Shown here: in pieces, positions 28,692 through 38,030 of the stretch | How positions within the stretch are numbered: position 1 is the stretch's first letter | How the letters are laid out: each line of letters begins with the position of its first letter | Source of the DNA: Hellea sp. | Lineage (GTDB): Bacteria; Pseudomonadota; Alphaproteobacteria; Caulobacterales; Maricaulaceae | Direction of reading: 5' to 3' | Assembly: GCA_020629195.1 (NCBI GenBank) | Contig: JAHDDT010000002.1 | Location: 1,980 to 65,979, forward strand | Length of the DNA stretch: 64,000 bases | Program-made: the position numbers and the translations under genes | Notes under the pieces: model-generated | The model's input: the letters and a program-made list of their open reading frames with translations, nothing else | Told to the model about the DNA's origin: nothing | The model's database searches: none

Positions 28692-29933
28692 ATGACAAAA
28701 AAGTCTAATCAATCTCGTCTTTACGTGCCAGAGCCTCCTTTTCGGCCTGGGGACACACCTGATTATTCCCACATAGCTGTGCCCGCAAATCATTCACCTC
28801 GCCGCCCAGACCCCCTTTGCGAGGACCATGAGACCGTTGAGCACGCTACCAGCCTTATACGCGTTATGCGGTTTAACGGCGAAGCCGTTGGCGATTGGGC
28901 GCCTGATCTGACGCCAGATCAAAAGCGCAAAGGGCTGCGTGATATGATGCTCACCCGCGCTATGGACGACCGCATGTTTAACATGCAGCGCCAAGGCAAG
29001 ATGAGTTTTTATATGAAATCACGAGGTGAGGAGGCGGTCTCAGTGGCGCATGCTATGGCCTTGCGCAAAGATGACATGACCTTCCCAACCTATCGCCAGC
29101 AAGGCATTTTGATAAACCGAGGCGCCCCTATAAAAGAAATGATGTGTCAGTGCCTCTCCAATGCGGGCGACCGTTTGCAAGGCAAGTCTATTCCCGTGCT
29201 TTATTCCTTCCGTGACTTTGGCTTCTTTTCAGTTTCAGGAAACTTAGGTACACAAATGATCCAAGCTGTCGGCTGGGGCATGGCTGAGGCTTATAAAAAT
29301 AGTGACGGCATCGCGAGTGCCTTTACGGGTGAGGGCGCGACGGCGGAGGGTGACTTCCATTACGCGCTTAATTTTGCTTCGACTTACCGCGCACCGGTTA
29401 TTCTGAATGTGGTGAATAACCAATGGGCGATATCTTCTTTCCAAGGCATAGCTGCTGGAGAGGGTGAAACCTTTGCTGCGCGGGGGTGTGGATTTGGCCT
29501 TGCGACGCTGCGCGTTGATGGAAATGACTTCCTAGCTGTTTATGCTGCGACTAAATGGGCGACAGAGCGGGCACGTAAAGGTGGCGGGGCAACCCTAATC
29601 GAGCATTTCACATATCGCAAAGAGGGCCATTCGACGTCCGATGATCCAACGAAATACCGCCCTGAAAATGAACCCGAAGTGTGGCCTTTCGGAGACCCCG
29701 TTGAACGTCTCAAGACGCACCTAATTTACATCAATGAATGGGATGAGGAGCGCCATGATGCGCAAGCCGAAGAATGCAAGGTCGAGATTCGAAATATTTA
29801 CAAAGAGGCCGAAAAAATGGGCTCCCTGTCAAGCGCGACTAACGTCAATGACTTTACAATGTTTGAACAAGTCTATGAAGAGTTACCGGGACATCTACAG
29901 TCGCAAGTCGAAGCCTTTAAAGAAGAGCTGTAA
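28692..29933 (+). CDS. bkdA1: Branched-chain 2-oxoacid dehydrogenase E1 alpha
   Basis: PEPPFRPGD N-terminus, QRQGKMSFY, TPP motif GEGATAEGDF..NNQWAIS, HSTSDDP. Confidence 0.95.
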   Translation: MTKKSNQSRLYVPEPPFRPGDTPDYSHIAVPANHSPRRPDPLCEDHETVEHATSLIRVMRFNGEAVGDWAPDLTPDQKRKGLRDMMLTRAMDDRMFNMQRQGKMSFYMKSRGEEAVSVAHAMALRKDDMTFPTYRQQGILINRGAPIKEMMCQCLSNAGDRLQGKSIPVLYSFRDFGFFSVSGNLGTQMIQAVGWGMAEAYKNSDGIASAFTGEGATAEGDFHYALNFASTYRAPVILNVVNNQWAISSFQGIAAGEGETFAARGCGFGLATLRVDGNDFLAVYAATKWATERARKGGGATLIEHFTYRKEGHSTSDDPTKYRPENEPEVWPFGDPVERLKTHLIYINEWDEERHDAQAEECKVEIRNIYKEAEKMGSLSSATNVNDFTMFEQVYEELPGHLQSQVEAFKEEL

Positions 29934-29935
29934 CG

Positions 29936-30952
29936 ATGGCCCGTATGAATATGATAGAAGCCATCCGCGATGCGTTGGATGTGAAAATGACAGAGGATTC
30001 TGATGTCCTCGTTTTCGGCGAAGATGTCGGCTATTTTGGCGGCGTGTTTCGGGCCACGGCAGGTCTTCAGGAAAAGCACGGGCTTCACCGCTGTTTTGAT
30101 ACGCCGATTTCTGAGGGCGGCATTGTTGGCATCGCGATTGGTATGGCATCAAATGGCTTGCGCCCTGTCGCAGAAATTCAGTTCGCAGACTACATTTATC
30201 CTGGTTATGATCAAATTGCCTCTGAAGCGGCGCGCTTGCGGTATCGCTCCAATGGTGAGTTTTCAGCCCCGCTGACAATTCGAACACCTGTTGGGGGAGG
30301 CATTTATGGCGGTACAACTCATAGTCAAAGTCCGGAAGCTTTGTTCACACATATTGCAGGTTTGAAGACTGTCATCCCGTCCAACCCCTATGACGCCAAA
30401 GGTATGTTGATCACAGCGATTGAGGATAACGACCCAGTTCTATTTCTCGAGCCCAAGCGTCTCTATAACGGGCCCTTTTATGGCGATCCGCATACGCCGT
30501 CTGTCAGCTGGGCTAAGCATGAGCTCGGCGAAGTGCCTGAAGGGCATTACACCGTACCGTTCGAATCTGTGCGCAAATTAAGTGAGGGGCCAGACCTAAC
30601 CATTCTGGCTTATGGGACTATGGTGTGGGTGGCCGAAGCTGCCGCCAAAGACGCAGGCGTGAAGGCCGATATCCTTGATCTTCGCTCACTTCTCCCGCTT
30701 GATATCGATGCTATTTCGACCTCTGTTAAAAAGACGGGGCGATGCCTTATCTTGCATGAAGCCACAAGAACATCTGGTTTTGGCGCCGAGCTTTCTGCGC
30801 AGGTGGCCGAGGCCTGCTTCTTCTCGCTCGAAGCGCCCATCGTGCGCGTAACAGGGTGGGATACGCCTTATCCACATGCGCAGGAATGGGCCTATTTCCC
30901 AGGACCAAAACGCGTTATGAATGGTATTCGCAAAGTGATGGGTCAGGCCTAA
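29936..30952 (+). CDS. bkdA2: Branched-chain 2-oxoacid dehydrogenase E1 beta
   Basis: GEDVGYFGGVFR, DTPISE, EIQFADY, HSQSPE. Confidence 0.95.
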   Translation: MARMNMIEAIRDALDVKMTEDSDVLVFGEDVGYFGGVFRATAGLQEKHGLHRCFDTPISEGGIVGIAIGMASNGLRPVAEIQFADYIYPGYDQIASEAARLRYRSNGEFSAPLTIRTPVGGGIYGGTTHSQSPEALFTHIAGLKTVIPSNPYDAKGMLITAIEDNDPVLFLEPKRLYNGPFYGDPHTPSVSWAKHELGEVPEGHYTVPFESVRKLSEGPDLTILAYGTMVWVAEAAAKDAGVKADILDLRSLLPLDIDAISTSVKKTGRCLILHEATRTSGFGAELSAQVAEACFFSLEAPIVRVTGWDTPYPHAQEWAYFPGPKRVMNGIRKVMGQA

Positions 30953-32481
30953 TGGGTGAGTATAAATATAAACTTCCCGATATCGGCGAAGGCGTCGTCG
31001 AGGCTGAAATTACGGCATGGCATGTGTCCGTTGGGGATAGCGTCGAAGAAGACGCGCCTATTGCTGACGCCATGACCGACAAGGCGACGATTGAGTTGAC
31101 CGCGCCTATATCGGGCGTGATTAAAATGGTTGCCTGTGAAGAGGGCGATATGCTCGCTGTTGGGGCCGACTTAGTCATTTTCGAAACTGAGGGCGATGAA
31201 GAGGCCTCTGGCAAGGCTGTTATGGCGCCTGTTCCTGCCACGAAAAGCGGGTCTTCGACATATGCGTTTAAACTTCCTGATATTGGCGAAGGTGTTGTCG
31301 AAGCGGAAATTACGGCGTGGCATGTTGCTGTCGGCGACGATGTTGAAGAAGACGCGCCTATCGCGGACGCAATGACAGATAAAGCCACGATTGAGCTGAC
31401 ATCACCCGTCACGGGCAAGGTTAGAACTGTCGCCTGCGAAGAAGGCGAAGTGTTGGCCGTAGGTGCGGACCTTGTTGTGTTTGATGTTGAAGGAGAGGGT
31501 AATGTTCAGGAGAGTGAGCAGTCTTTAGATATTACACCAGATATTACACCTCTGGCGACGGCTATAATTCCAGCCAAAAGGCCCTCTAACAACACACCTC
31601 CCGTCCAGATACCTAAAGCGCAAATATCTAAAGGGAAAGACGGTAAAGTTTTAGCCGCCCCAGCCGTGCGTAAAGCGGCTCAAGACAAAGGCCTTGATCT
31701 ATCCAAGGCAAAACCGACGGGCAAAGACGGCGAAATCACCCATGCTGATTTAGCGCTATTAGAAAAGAGCTTCGCGCAAGAAGAGGGAGAAACCCGCATT
31801 AAGGTCATCGGACTGCGCCGTGTCATTGCCCAGCGTATGCAAGAGGCTAAGCGTCATATCCCGCATTTTACTTATGTTGAAGAGATTGATGTCACAGAGC
31901 TTGAGGCTTTGCGCCAGCGCGCAAACGCTAAAAAAAGCGAAGATAAGCCAAAGCTTACGGTTTTACCTTTTATTATTCGTGCCCTTTCGAAAACATTGGA
32001 AGGTTGGCCGCAATTTAATGCGCGTTACATGGATGAACAAGGCTATGTCTCGCAATTTCCTGACTTGAATTTGGGAATAGCGGCGCAGACAGATGCGGGT
32101 CTTATAGTACCGGTTTTGAAAAGAGCGCAGACCTTATCGATTTGGCAAATGGCGGAAGAAATTGCGCGTTTGGCCGAGGGTGCGAGAACAAATAAATTAG
32201 GTACAGATGAATTAACAGGTGCAACAACAACGTTAACATCTTTGGGCCCTCTTGGCGGTATTGTCACAACACCCGTTATTAACCGTCCAGAAGTGGCAAT
32301 TTTTGGCCCTAACAAAATCCGAAAAAAGCTCTTCTTAGAAGAGGGCGAGATAACAGAGCGCCTTGTTATGAATTTTTCGGTTTCCTGCGATCACCGCGTC
32401 ATTGACGGGTATGATGCCGCCAAAATGATGCAAGATATGAAACATGCCCTTGAAGATCCTTTGTTTATGTTTTTGAGTTAG
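30952..32481 (+). CDS. bkdB: Dihydrolipoamide acyltransferase E2 with two lipoyl domains
   Basis: Two LPDIGEG...MTDKA domains, E3-binding AAPAVRK, catalytic DHRVIDG; TAATG overlap with bkdA2. Confidence 0.93.
   Translation: MGEYKYKLPDIGEGVVEAEITAWHVSVGDSVEEDAPIADAMTDKATIELTAPISGVIKMVACEEGDMLAVGADLVIFETEGDEEASGKAVMAPVPATKSGSSTYAFKLPDIGEGVVEAEITAWHVAVGDDVEEDAPIADAMTDKATIELTSPVTGKVRTVACEEGEVLAVGADLVVFDVEGEGNVQESEQSLDITPDITPLATAIIPAKRPSNNTPPVQIPKAQISKGKDGKVLAAPAVRKAAQDKGLDLSKAKPTGKDGEITHADLALLEKSFAQEEGETRIKVIGLRRVIAQRMQEAKRHIPHFTYVEEIDVTELEALRQRANAKKSEDKPKLTVLPFIIRALSKTLEGWPQFNARYMDEQGYVSQFPDLNLGIAAQTDAGLIVPVLKRAQTLSIWQMAEEIARLAEGARTNKLGTDELTGATTTLTSLGPLGGIVTTPVINRPEVAIFGPNKIRKKLFLEEGEITERLVMNFSVSCDHRVIDGYDAAKMMQDMKHALEDPLFMFLS
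30970..31490 (+). repeat. Tandem duplication of the lipoyl-domain coding sequence (300-bp offset)
   Basis: aaacttcccgatatcggcgaagg at 30970 vs aaacttcctgatattggcgaagg at 31270; differences mostly synonymous. Confidence 0.9.
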
Positions 32482-32621
32482 GGCCATCATATGCTCAGGC
32501 TGTAATGTTGATTGCCGTAATTTAACCTATTTATGAAGACCCTTAGGTTTTAGGTCTTGCGCTAAGCCGCGTTTATAGGCATCTGGAATAGGCAATGGTT
32601 TACTTATAGTTTCATCTTACA

Positions 32622-34949
32622 ATGCTTACTGCGCTTATCCGACAAGCTAAAAATGCAACTAAATATTCCCTCGAGGGATTTCAGTACTTATTTATGAGTG
32701 AGTTTGCGGCGCGCATTGAAGTCTATTGTTTTCTTTGGATATTCCCTGCGCTAGTCATATTGCAACTCCCTGCGGTTTATCTCCTGAGCACTTTATGCCT
32801 ATTTCTGATATTGTTAGCGACTGAAGCTTTAAATACGGCGGTTGAAGTTATCGTCGATAAAGTGTCGCCTGAAATTTCAGATATGGGAAAACAGGCCAAA
32901 GATTTAGGGTCATTCGCGGTCATGTGCGCTTTAATTATGAATATAGCTCATCTAGCATTTGTGATAACGAAAATTGATTGGGCTGCCGCCGATTTAAATT
33001 TACCAATTATCTTTTCTTTGCTGGCGCTTCTTATTGGCGTTTATTTAGCTGTTCGGTCACAACCGAGACGCCGCGCCGTATTTTTAATTACGCCTATCTT
33101 GATCATCTACTTTCTAGGACTTGGAGTTTATTTGGCGTCTAATGCTTTTACGGGTGTGGGCTTCGATAATAAAGTTATCTATCACCTTAAGACAGGCTTA
33201 GGTGGAGCAGGCTTTGCGGAATATACAGATCTAATTTTATGGATGACGCTTTATGCTATTATTGGGTTAGTCATTATATACGTTTCGCATGATTTAATTG
33301 GTAAAAAGAAGAGACGCGTCTCGCAAAAGTTATCAAATTATGTGAACCGCAAAGTAAAGTTTGATCCTGCTAAGCACCAAAATGAAGACTTACCTAAGTC
33401 TCCAAATCGCGGAATAAGAAATATTCTAAGTATTGGGGCGTTGCTTCTTGCGATTGTTCTCAATCCCTTTACCGCTAATCTTGCGACGTTACTTAACAGG
33501 CCCTCGCCAAAGCTCGTAAAGATGTCAGATTATGAACTTTATGTTCAAAGAGATGTTGATGAGCTTGCGAGTGAAGTGAAGAGCAAAAAAAACCTACTTT
33601 TCATTTATCTAGAAGGGTTAGAGCGAACCTATTTCGACCAAGACTTATTTCCAGGGCTGACACCTAATTTAGCCGCACTTGAAGCCAATAATATTAGTTT
33701 TTCCGATATCCGTCAGGTCTATAATACAGAATGGACAATTGCAGGCATGGTTGCCACACAATGCGGCGTGCCAATGTACACACCTTCTCAGGGTAATACG
33801 ATGAATGCCTATGACCAATTTATGCCAAATGCAGTTTGTCTCGGCGATGTCTTAGATCGCAATGACTATCAACTTGAATTTCTAGGCGGTGGTGACCTTG
33901 ATTTTGCGGGCAAAGGAAAGTTTTTAAATTCGCACGGCTTTGATAAAACCATCGGCCGGGATGACCATGAGAAGGAAGATTTTTTAGAAGATGAGTATAA
34001 TGGTTGGGGATTATATGATGATTCTCTTCTTGGCGTTGCATATAATAAATTTGTCGCTCTATCGCAGAAAAATGACCCATTTGGTTTATTCGTTCTCACA
34101 CTTGATACGCATCAACCTAAAGGACATGTGTCCCCCTCCTGCGAGGGCCGTGAGTATCAAGAGGGTTCAAATCCTTTATTAAATGCTGTTTTTTGCGCGG
34201 ATCAATTGTTTAGTGATTTCGTGAAAAAGATACAGGCCACACCTTATGCCGAAGAGACCCTAATCGTTGTTGTCTCCGACCACATCGCTATGAACGGCAC
34301 GACGTCAGACCTTTTGGCTGAGGGGACGAGGCGAAACCTGTTCATGATTATTGATCCCGCTGCGACAGGACCTCAGAAAAGCGACCGTCTTGGATCACCT
34401 TTAGATGTCGCGCCAACAGTCCTTTCTTTCCTCGGTGTTGACAATAGCGCTATTGGGTTTGGCCGAAATCTGTTTGCTGATGATAAAACGCTAATTGAGG
34501 AAAAACCGGAGCACTTTAATTTCTTTTTGTGGCAAGTCGGAAAGAAGATAAAATCAGAACTTTGGAACTTTCCAACGCTATCTGACGGCTTGGTGTTAGA
34601 TACAAAAAATGAGCGATTGAATATTGGGAGGCGATGGATATCTATTCCAGCAATTTTGGTTCTGGACGACGAAAACGAAATTTCTACACTAGAATTTTAT
34701 TCAGTCGATGCAGGAGACCGGAAAGGCTATTTGGCAAATAAACTTCCAAAAGAAATGTCTTATCTTTGGGTGGATAACTGCGTTGAGATGGCGGTAAAAC
34801 AGCCAGAGGATTCTAAATTGACTTTCACTGAAGGAGACTGGTGTGCTGCCTTAGGTGATAATACAGATCAGTTAACCGAAATCACAAAGGTGAAGAGCCG
34901 TGATAAAGTTTTCCCTAATGTCTTCAGAGCTAAGCCAGATACACTTTAG
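32622..34949 (+). CDS. Fusion of diacylglycerol kinase (DgkA) and phosphoglycerol transferase I (OpgB/MdoB, LTA-synthase/sulfatase fold)
   Basis: First ~120 aa: KYSLEG, SEFAARIE, EALNTAVE..VD, AKDLGS. C-terminal part: NLLFIYLEGLERTY, WTIAGMVATQCG, WGLYDD, TLDTH, SDH. Confidence 0.88.
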   Translation: MLTALIRQAKNATKYSLEGFQYLFMSEFAARIEVYCFLWIFPALVILQLPAVYLLSTLCLFLILLATEALNTAVEVIVDKVSPEISDMGKQAKDLGSFAVMCALIMNIAHLAFVITKIDWAAADLNLPIIFSLLALLIGVYLAVRSQPRRRAVFLITPILIIYFLGLGVYLASNAFTGVGFDNKVIYHLKTGLGGAGFAEYTDLILWMTLYAIIGLVIIYVSHDLIGKKKRRVSQKLSNYVNRKVKFDPAKHQNEDLPKSPNRGIRNILSIGALLLAIVLNPFTANLATLLNRPSPKLVKMSDYELYVQRDVDELASEVKSKKNLLFIYLEGLERTYFDQDLFPGLTPNLAALEANNISFSDIRQVYNTEWTIAGMVATQCGVPMYTPSQGNTMNAYDQFMPNAVCLGDVLDRNDYQLEFLGGGDLDFAGKGKFLNSHGFDKTIGRDDHEKEDFLEDEYNGWGLYDDSLLGVAYNKFVALSQKNDPFGLFVLTLDTHQPKGHVSPSCEGREYQEGSNPLLNAVFCADQLFSDFVKKIQATPYAEETLIVVVSDHIAMNGTTSDLLAEGTRRNLFMIIDPAATGPQKSDRLGSPLDVAPTVLSFLGVDNSAIGFGRNLFADDKTLIEEKPEHFNFFLWQVGKKIKSELWNFPTLSDGLVLDTKNERLNIGRRWISIPAILVLDDENEISTLEFYSVDAGDRKGYLANKLPKEMSYLWVDNCVEMAVKQPEDSKLTFTEGDWCAALGDNTDQLTEITKVKSRDKVFPNVFRAKPDTL

Positions 34950-35010
34950 AGTTCACTCTTTGGCTATCTATTAGGGGTTGGGAAAATGATAGCTATTAGA
35001 AGCTTTGCTC

Positions 35011-35039
35011 TTGTCATCAGGTCTAATTTCGCTTAAACG
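35011..35039 (+). promoter_or_regulatory. Putative tRNA promoter
   Basis: TTGTCA-N17-TAAACG. Confidence 0.4.
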
Positions 35040-35058
35040 GCGCAACTTCTGACGATGT

Positions 35059-35135
35059 GGTGAGGTAGCTCAGCTGGTTAGAGCGCAGGACTCATAATCC
35101 TGAGGTCGTGAGTTCAAGTCTCACTCTCACTACCA
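35059..35135 (+). tRNA. tRNA-Met (CAT), probably elongator
   Basis: 77-nt cloverleaf: GGTGAGG/TCTCACT acceptor, CAGGA-CTCATAA-TCCTG anticodon arm, GTTCAAGTC T-loop, encoded CCA; lacks initiator GGG/CCC anticodon stem. Confidence 0.95.
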
Positions 35136-35152
35136 CATCTTCTCAAAATGAA

Positions 35153-36442
35153 TTACTTGTCGGGTTGTGCGCGTTTTCGTGACATGCGGCGTTTTTTCTG
35201 CGTGTCTTCGTTAAGTTTTTCAGCCTCCTCAAGAGCTTTTTTCTCATCATAGTCTTTTATGAGTTTTGATCCGTATTCGATACTGGACGGTTTTACGATA
35301 GTGCTCTTTGCATTGATCTGAGTGCCTTTGATCGTTGAGCTTATGCCAAAGCTTTCATTTTTCGGGGACAGGGAAGGTTCTTCTGACGGCGGAAGAGAAA
35401 GACTATCAGTATCAACAATTGTAATTTTAGGCTGCGGTTTGGGTTTTGAGGATAACCTCAAAAGCGTTCCATTATAGTGGTCGGCTACAAATAATCCGCG
35501 TTTGTCCATGGCCATTACGCCAGGCGCCCCCCAAGCACTGCGTTGAGAGCGGTTCATAAAGCCTTCCAAAAGAACACGTGGCTCACCGCTGATCTGACCG
35601 AACTCTGTTGGGATGGCGATAAGGCGCATTGCGCCCGGCCCGTCTTGACTGACGATTATATGGTCTTTTAGCTGCGCTGGCCAATCTAGTGGTTTTTTAT
35701 ATTGCTTAGGCAAGATCAAGTCTGAAGCAGATTGTCCGCCCATAAATTTGATACGCTCAGCATTCATTGGGCCTAGAGTGTTTTTCGTGGCTGTCCAAAT
35801 GTCAAATCCGCCGTTAATGGCAAAGCTCTCTAGGGGTCCATCTGCACTTTCGCTTATCAAACTGGCTTGTCCTGTGTGGATATCAATCTTCAAAATACGC
35901 AGTTTTTGATCTTGTGTGGTTAGCCCCAAAATTAGAGAGCTGCCATCATGACTAGGGCGTAAAATATGCAGCTTTCCCATCGAATTTGAAGCTTTCAACG
36001 TCGCAACTTCCTGTTGGCCGCTTCTTGGGTCTATAGACCAGATGGCGTTTTGGTCAGCGACATAAAGGGTTTGACCGATTGTGGCTAATCCCGTGGGTCG
36101 GATAAACTGGTAGGGTAGGGGGCGGCGAAGGTCTATTCTGCCGTCTTGCCCGCGATCAGATAGGCTCCAAATACGTCCAGTTTCCTTATCCGCAGTGTAA
36201 AGTGTTCCGTCTTCACTGAGCGTGATAGCAGAAATCTTGCCAAGCCCCGATGCGCTAATTGTGACCTCTAATTCTGGCAGTGTTTGTAGCGAAGAGGAAG
36301 TTCCGCCGCGCTGCATCTGTACAGCTTTGGAATAGCTTTGCGTTGCTGAAGTATTATTTACTGTAGGCGCAATATCCCAAGGCGCTGCAAAGCTATTATC
36401 GCTAAATAACATTATCAATACTGTGATAAAAACGAATCGCAT
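35153..36442 (-). CDS. Exported beta-propeller protein, glucose/sorbosone dehydrogenase-like (divergent)
   Basis: Signal peptide; SASGLG, DRGQDGRID, PTGLA, LYVAD, WGAPG..LFVAD. Confidence 0.65.
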   Translation of the reverse strand: MRFVFITVLIMLFSDNSFAAPWDIAPTVNNTSATQSYSKAVQMQRGGTSSSLQTLPELEVTISASGLGKISAITLSEDGTLYTADKETGRIWSLSDRGQDGRIDLRRPLPYQFIRPTGLATIGQTLYVADQNAIWSIDPRSGQQEVATLKASNSMGKLHILRPSHDGSSLILGLTTQDQKLRILKIDIHTGQASLISESADGPLESFAINGGFDIWTATKNTLGPMNAERIKFMGGQSASDLILPKQYKKPLDWPAQLKDHIIVSQDGPGAMRLIAIPTEFGQISGEPRVLLEGFMNRSQRSAWGAPGVMAMDKRGLFVADHYNGTLLRLSSKPKPQPKITIVDTDSLSLPPSEEPSLSPKNESFGISSTIKGTQINAKSTIVKPSSIEYGSKLIKDYDEKKALEEAEKLNEDTQKKRRMSRKRAQPDK

Positions 36443-36667
36443 GAGGTCAACATGCGTCTAATGTGTTAAGAATACGAGGCGGAGCTGTAGAAATTGCAGA
36501 AAAGAAACAGCTTTATCCATTTAACGACGAAGATTGACGCGCTCATATGGCTTCACAGCCTTGTCAGCCTCTCTTCAATCTGGTTAGTTTTAAGCATAGA
36601 ACCATTGGAGAGTTACTTTCAGTTATAAATCGCAACACAGTTTTACATTTTTCAAGGGGGTCAGCTC

Positions 36668-37264
36668 ATGAGTTATTTAAACTCTTCCCTGAGCGAGTCC
36701 ATTCGTGATGCAATTCCTGTTGCGCAAGGCAATTACCCGTGTTTAATTTTAAATGCGGATTACCAGCCACTCTCCTATTTCCCATTATCCCTATGGTCAT
36801 GGCAGGATGCTGTGAAAGCCGTCTTTCTCGACCGCGTAAATGTCGTTGATCACTATGAGCAGACCGTGCGGTCTGCCAGCTTTGAGATGGAAATCCCATC
36901 TGTTGTTGCGCTTAAAGATTATGTTGCGCAAAACAGATCACCTGCCTTTACGCGGTTTAATCTTTTTCTGCGCGACGGGTTTGAATGTGTCTATTGCCAG
37001 AGCCCTAATGAGCTAACCTTTGATCACCTTATTCCGCGCCGCTTGGGCGGGAAGACAACATGGCAAAATATCGTAGCGGCTTGCTCCAAATGTAATCTTC
37101 GAAAAGGCGGACGCTTGCCAAAAGATGCTGGCATGATGCCGCAAGTAAAACCTTACCAGCCGACTATGCATCAGCTTCAAGCACAAGGGCGGCGCTTCCC
37201 TCCTAATCATTTACATGAGAGTTGGCTTGACTATTTATACTGGGACGTTGAATTAGAACCATGA
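36668..37264 (+). CDS. HNH endonuclease (conserved McrA-like, Zn-binding)
   Basis: LILNADYQPLS, NLFLRD..CVYC, TFDHLIPR..GG.TTWQN..ACSKCN..KG. Confidence 0.93.
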   Translation: MSYLNSSLSESIRDAIPVAQGNYPCLILNADYQPLSYFPLSLWSWQDAVKAVFLDRVNVVDHYEQTVRSASFEMEIPSVVALKDYVAQNRSPAFTRFNLFLRDGFECVYCQSPNELTFDHLIPRRLGGKTTWQNIVAACSKCNLRKGGRLPKDAGMMPQVKPYQPTMHQLQAQGRRFPPNHLHESWLDYLYWDVELEP

Positions 37265-37434
37265 GAATACATCCATACGCTATCATCCTTGGTTTAGCCC
37301 TCGGCTTTTTCGTTTTGCTGACGTTGCGTCATCCGCCCTTTGCTGTTTTGACAGCTATACTCGGTGTCCTCGGATTTGATATGTCTTTCAAAGCCCGCGC
37401 TAAAAAACTTGAACAAAAAGATGATGACGAATGA
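37261..37434 (+). CDS. Small 57-aa 2-TM membrane protein (absent from ORF track)
   Basis: MRIHPYAIILGLALGFFVLLTLRHPPFAVLTAILGVLGFDMSFKARAKKLEQKDDDE; ATGA overlaps with both neighbours. Confidence 0.75.
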   Translation: MRIHPYAIILGLALGFFVLLTLRHPPFAVLTAILGVLGFDMSFKARAKKLEQKDDDE

Positions 37435-38030
37435 GAGTTTTATTTATCGGTGCAATGTGCCTCGCTGTGAGTGCTTGTGGCCCTAAAATCGATACATCTC
37501 CGAATGTTATTTTAGAAACTGAGATGGGTCTTATTGAAATTGAGACCTATCCGGAAAAAGCCCCGGCCTCTGCGGGTGATTTTTTGAATTATGTTGACCG
37601 TGGTTATTATAATGGTGAGGGATTTTATCGCGTGGTTCGCGCAGATAATGATCCCCGCAATATGGGTATGTCGCTTATTCAGGGCGGCCGTTTAGATACG
37701 GAGCCTAAAGGCGCACCCATTGCGCATGAGCCGACCTCAATGACGAAGCTGCGTAATGATAGCGCTATGGTGTCAATTGCACGTGACGCGCCTGGGACAG
37801 GCAGCGCGGCTTATTTCTTTATCAATGTTGGTGATAATAATTTCTTGGATGAAGGCGGAGAGCGCAACCCCGACGGTGCAGGATATGCGACCTTCGGAAA
37901 AGTCGTCAAAGGCATGGACGTCATAAAAGCCATTCAAGCGGGGAAAGCCGATGCGCCGACGGAAGAAGAGGTTGTCAAAGGGCAATATCTGACACGCCCA
38001 GTTATCATTAAAAAAGCTTACCGCAAGTGA
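37431..38030 (+). CDS. Cyclophilin-type peptidyl-prolyl isomerase lipoprotein
   Basis: Lipobox VSAC; KAP...FLNYV, FYRVV, IQGG, FFINV.DN.FLD, GYATFGKVVKGM. Confidence 0.92.
   Translation: MRVLFIGAMCLAVSACGPKIDTSPNVILETEMGLIEIETYPEKAPASAGDFLNYVDRGYYNGEGFYRVVRADNDPRNMGMSLIQGGRLDTEPKGAPIAHEPTSMTKLRNDSAMVSIARDAPGTGSAAYFFINVGDNNFLDEGGERNPDGAGYATFGKVVKGMDVIKAIQAGKADAPTEEEVVKGQYLTRPVIIKKAYRK

Noticed and set aside
35059-36442. Genomic island integrated at tRNA-Met
   Set aside because: No integrase and no duplicated tRNA 3' end seen; the AT-richer fusion gene lies on the 5' side of the tRNA
36668-37264. HNH nuclease as a defence system or homing endonuclease
   Set aside because: Matches the widely conserved stand-alone LNADY.PL HNH type; no methylase, ATPase or intron context
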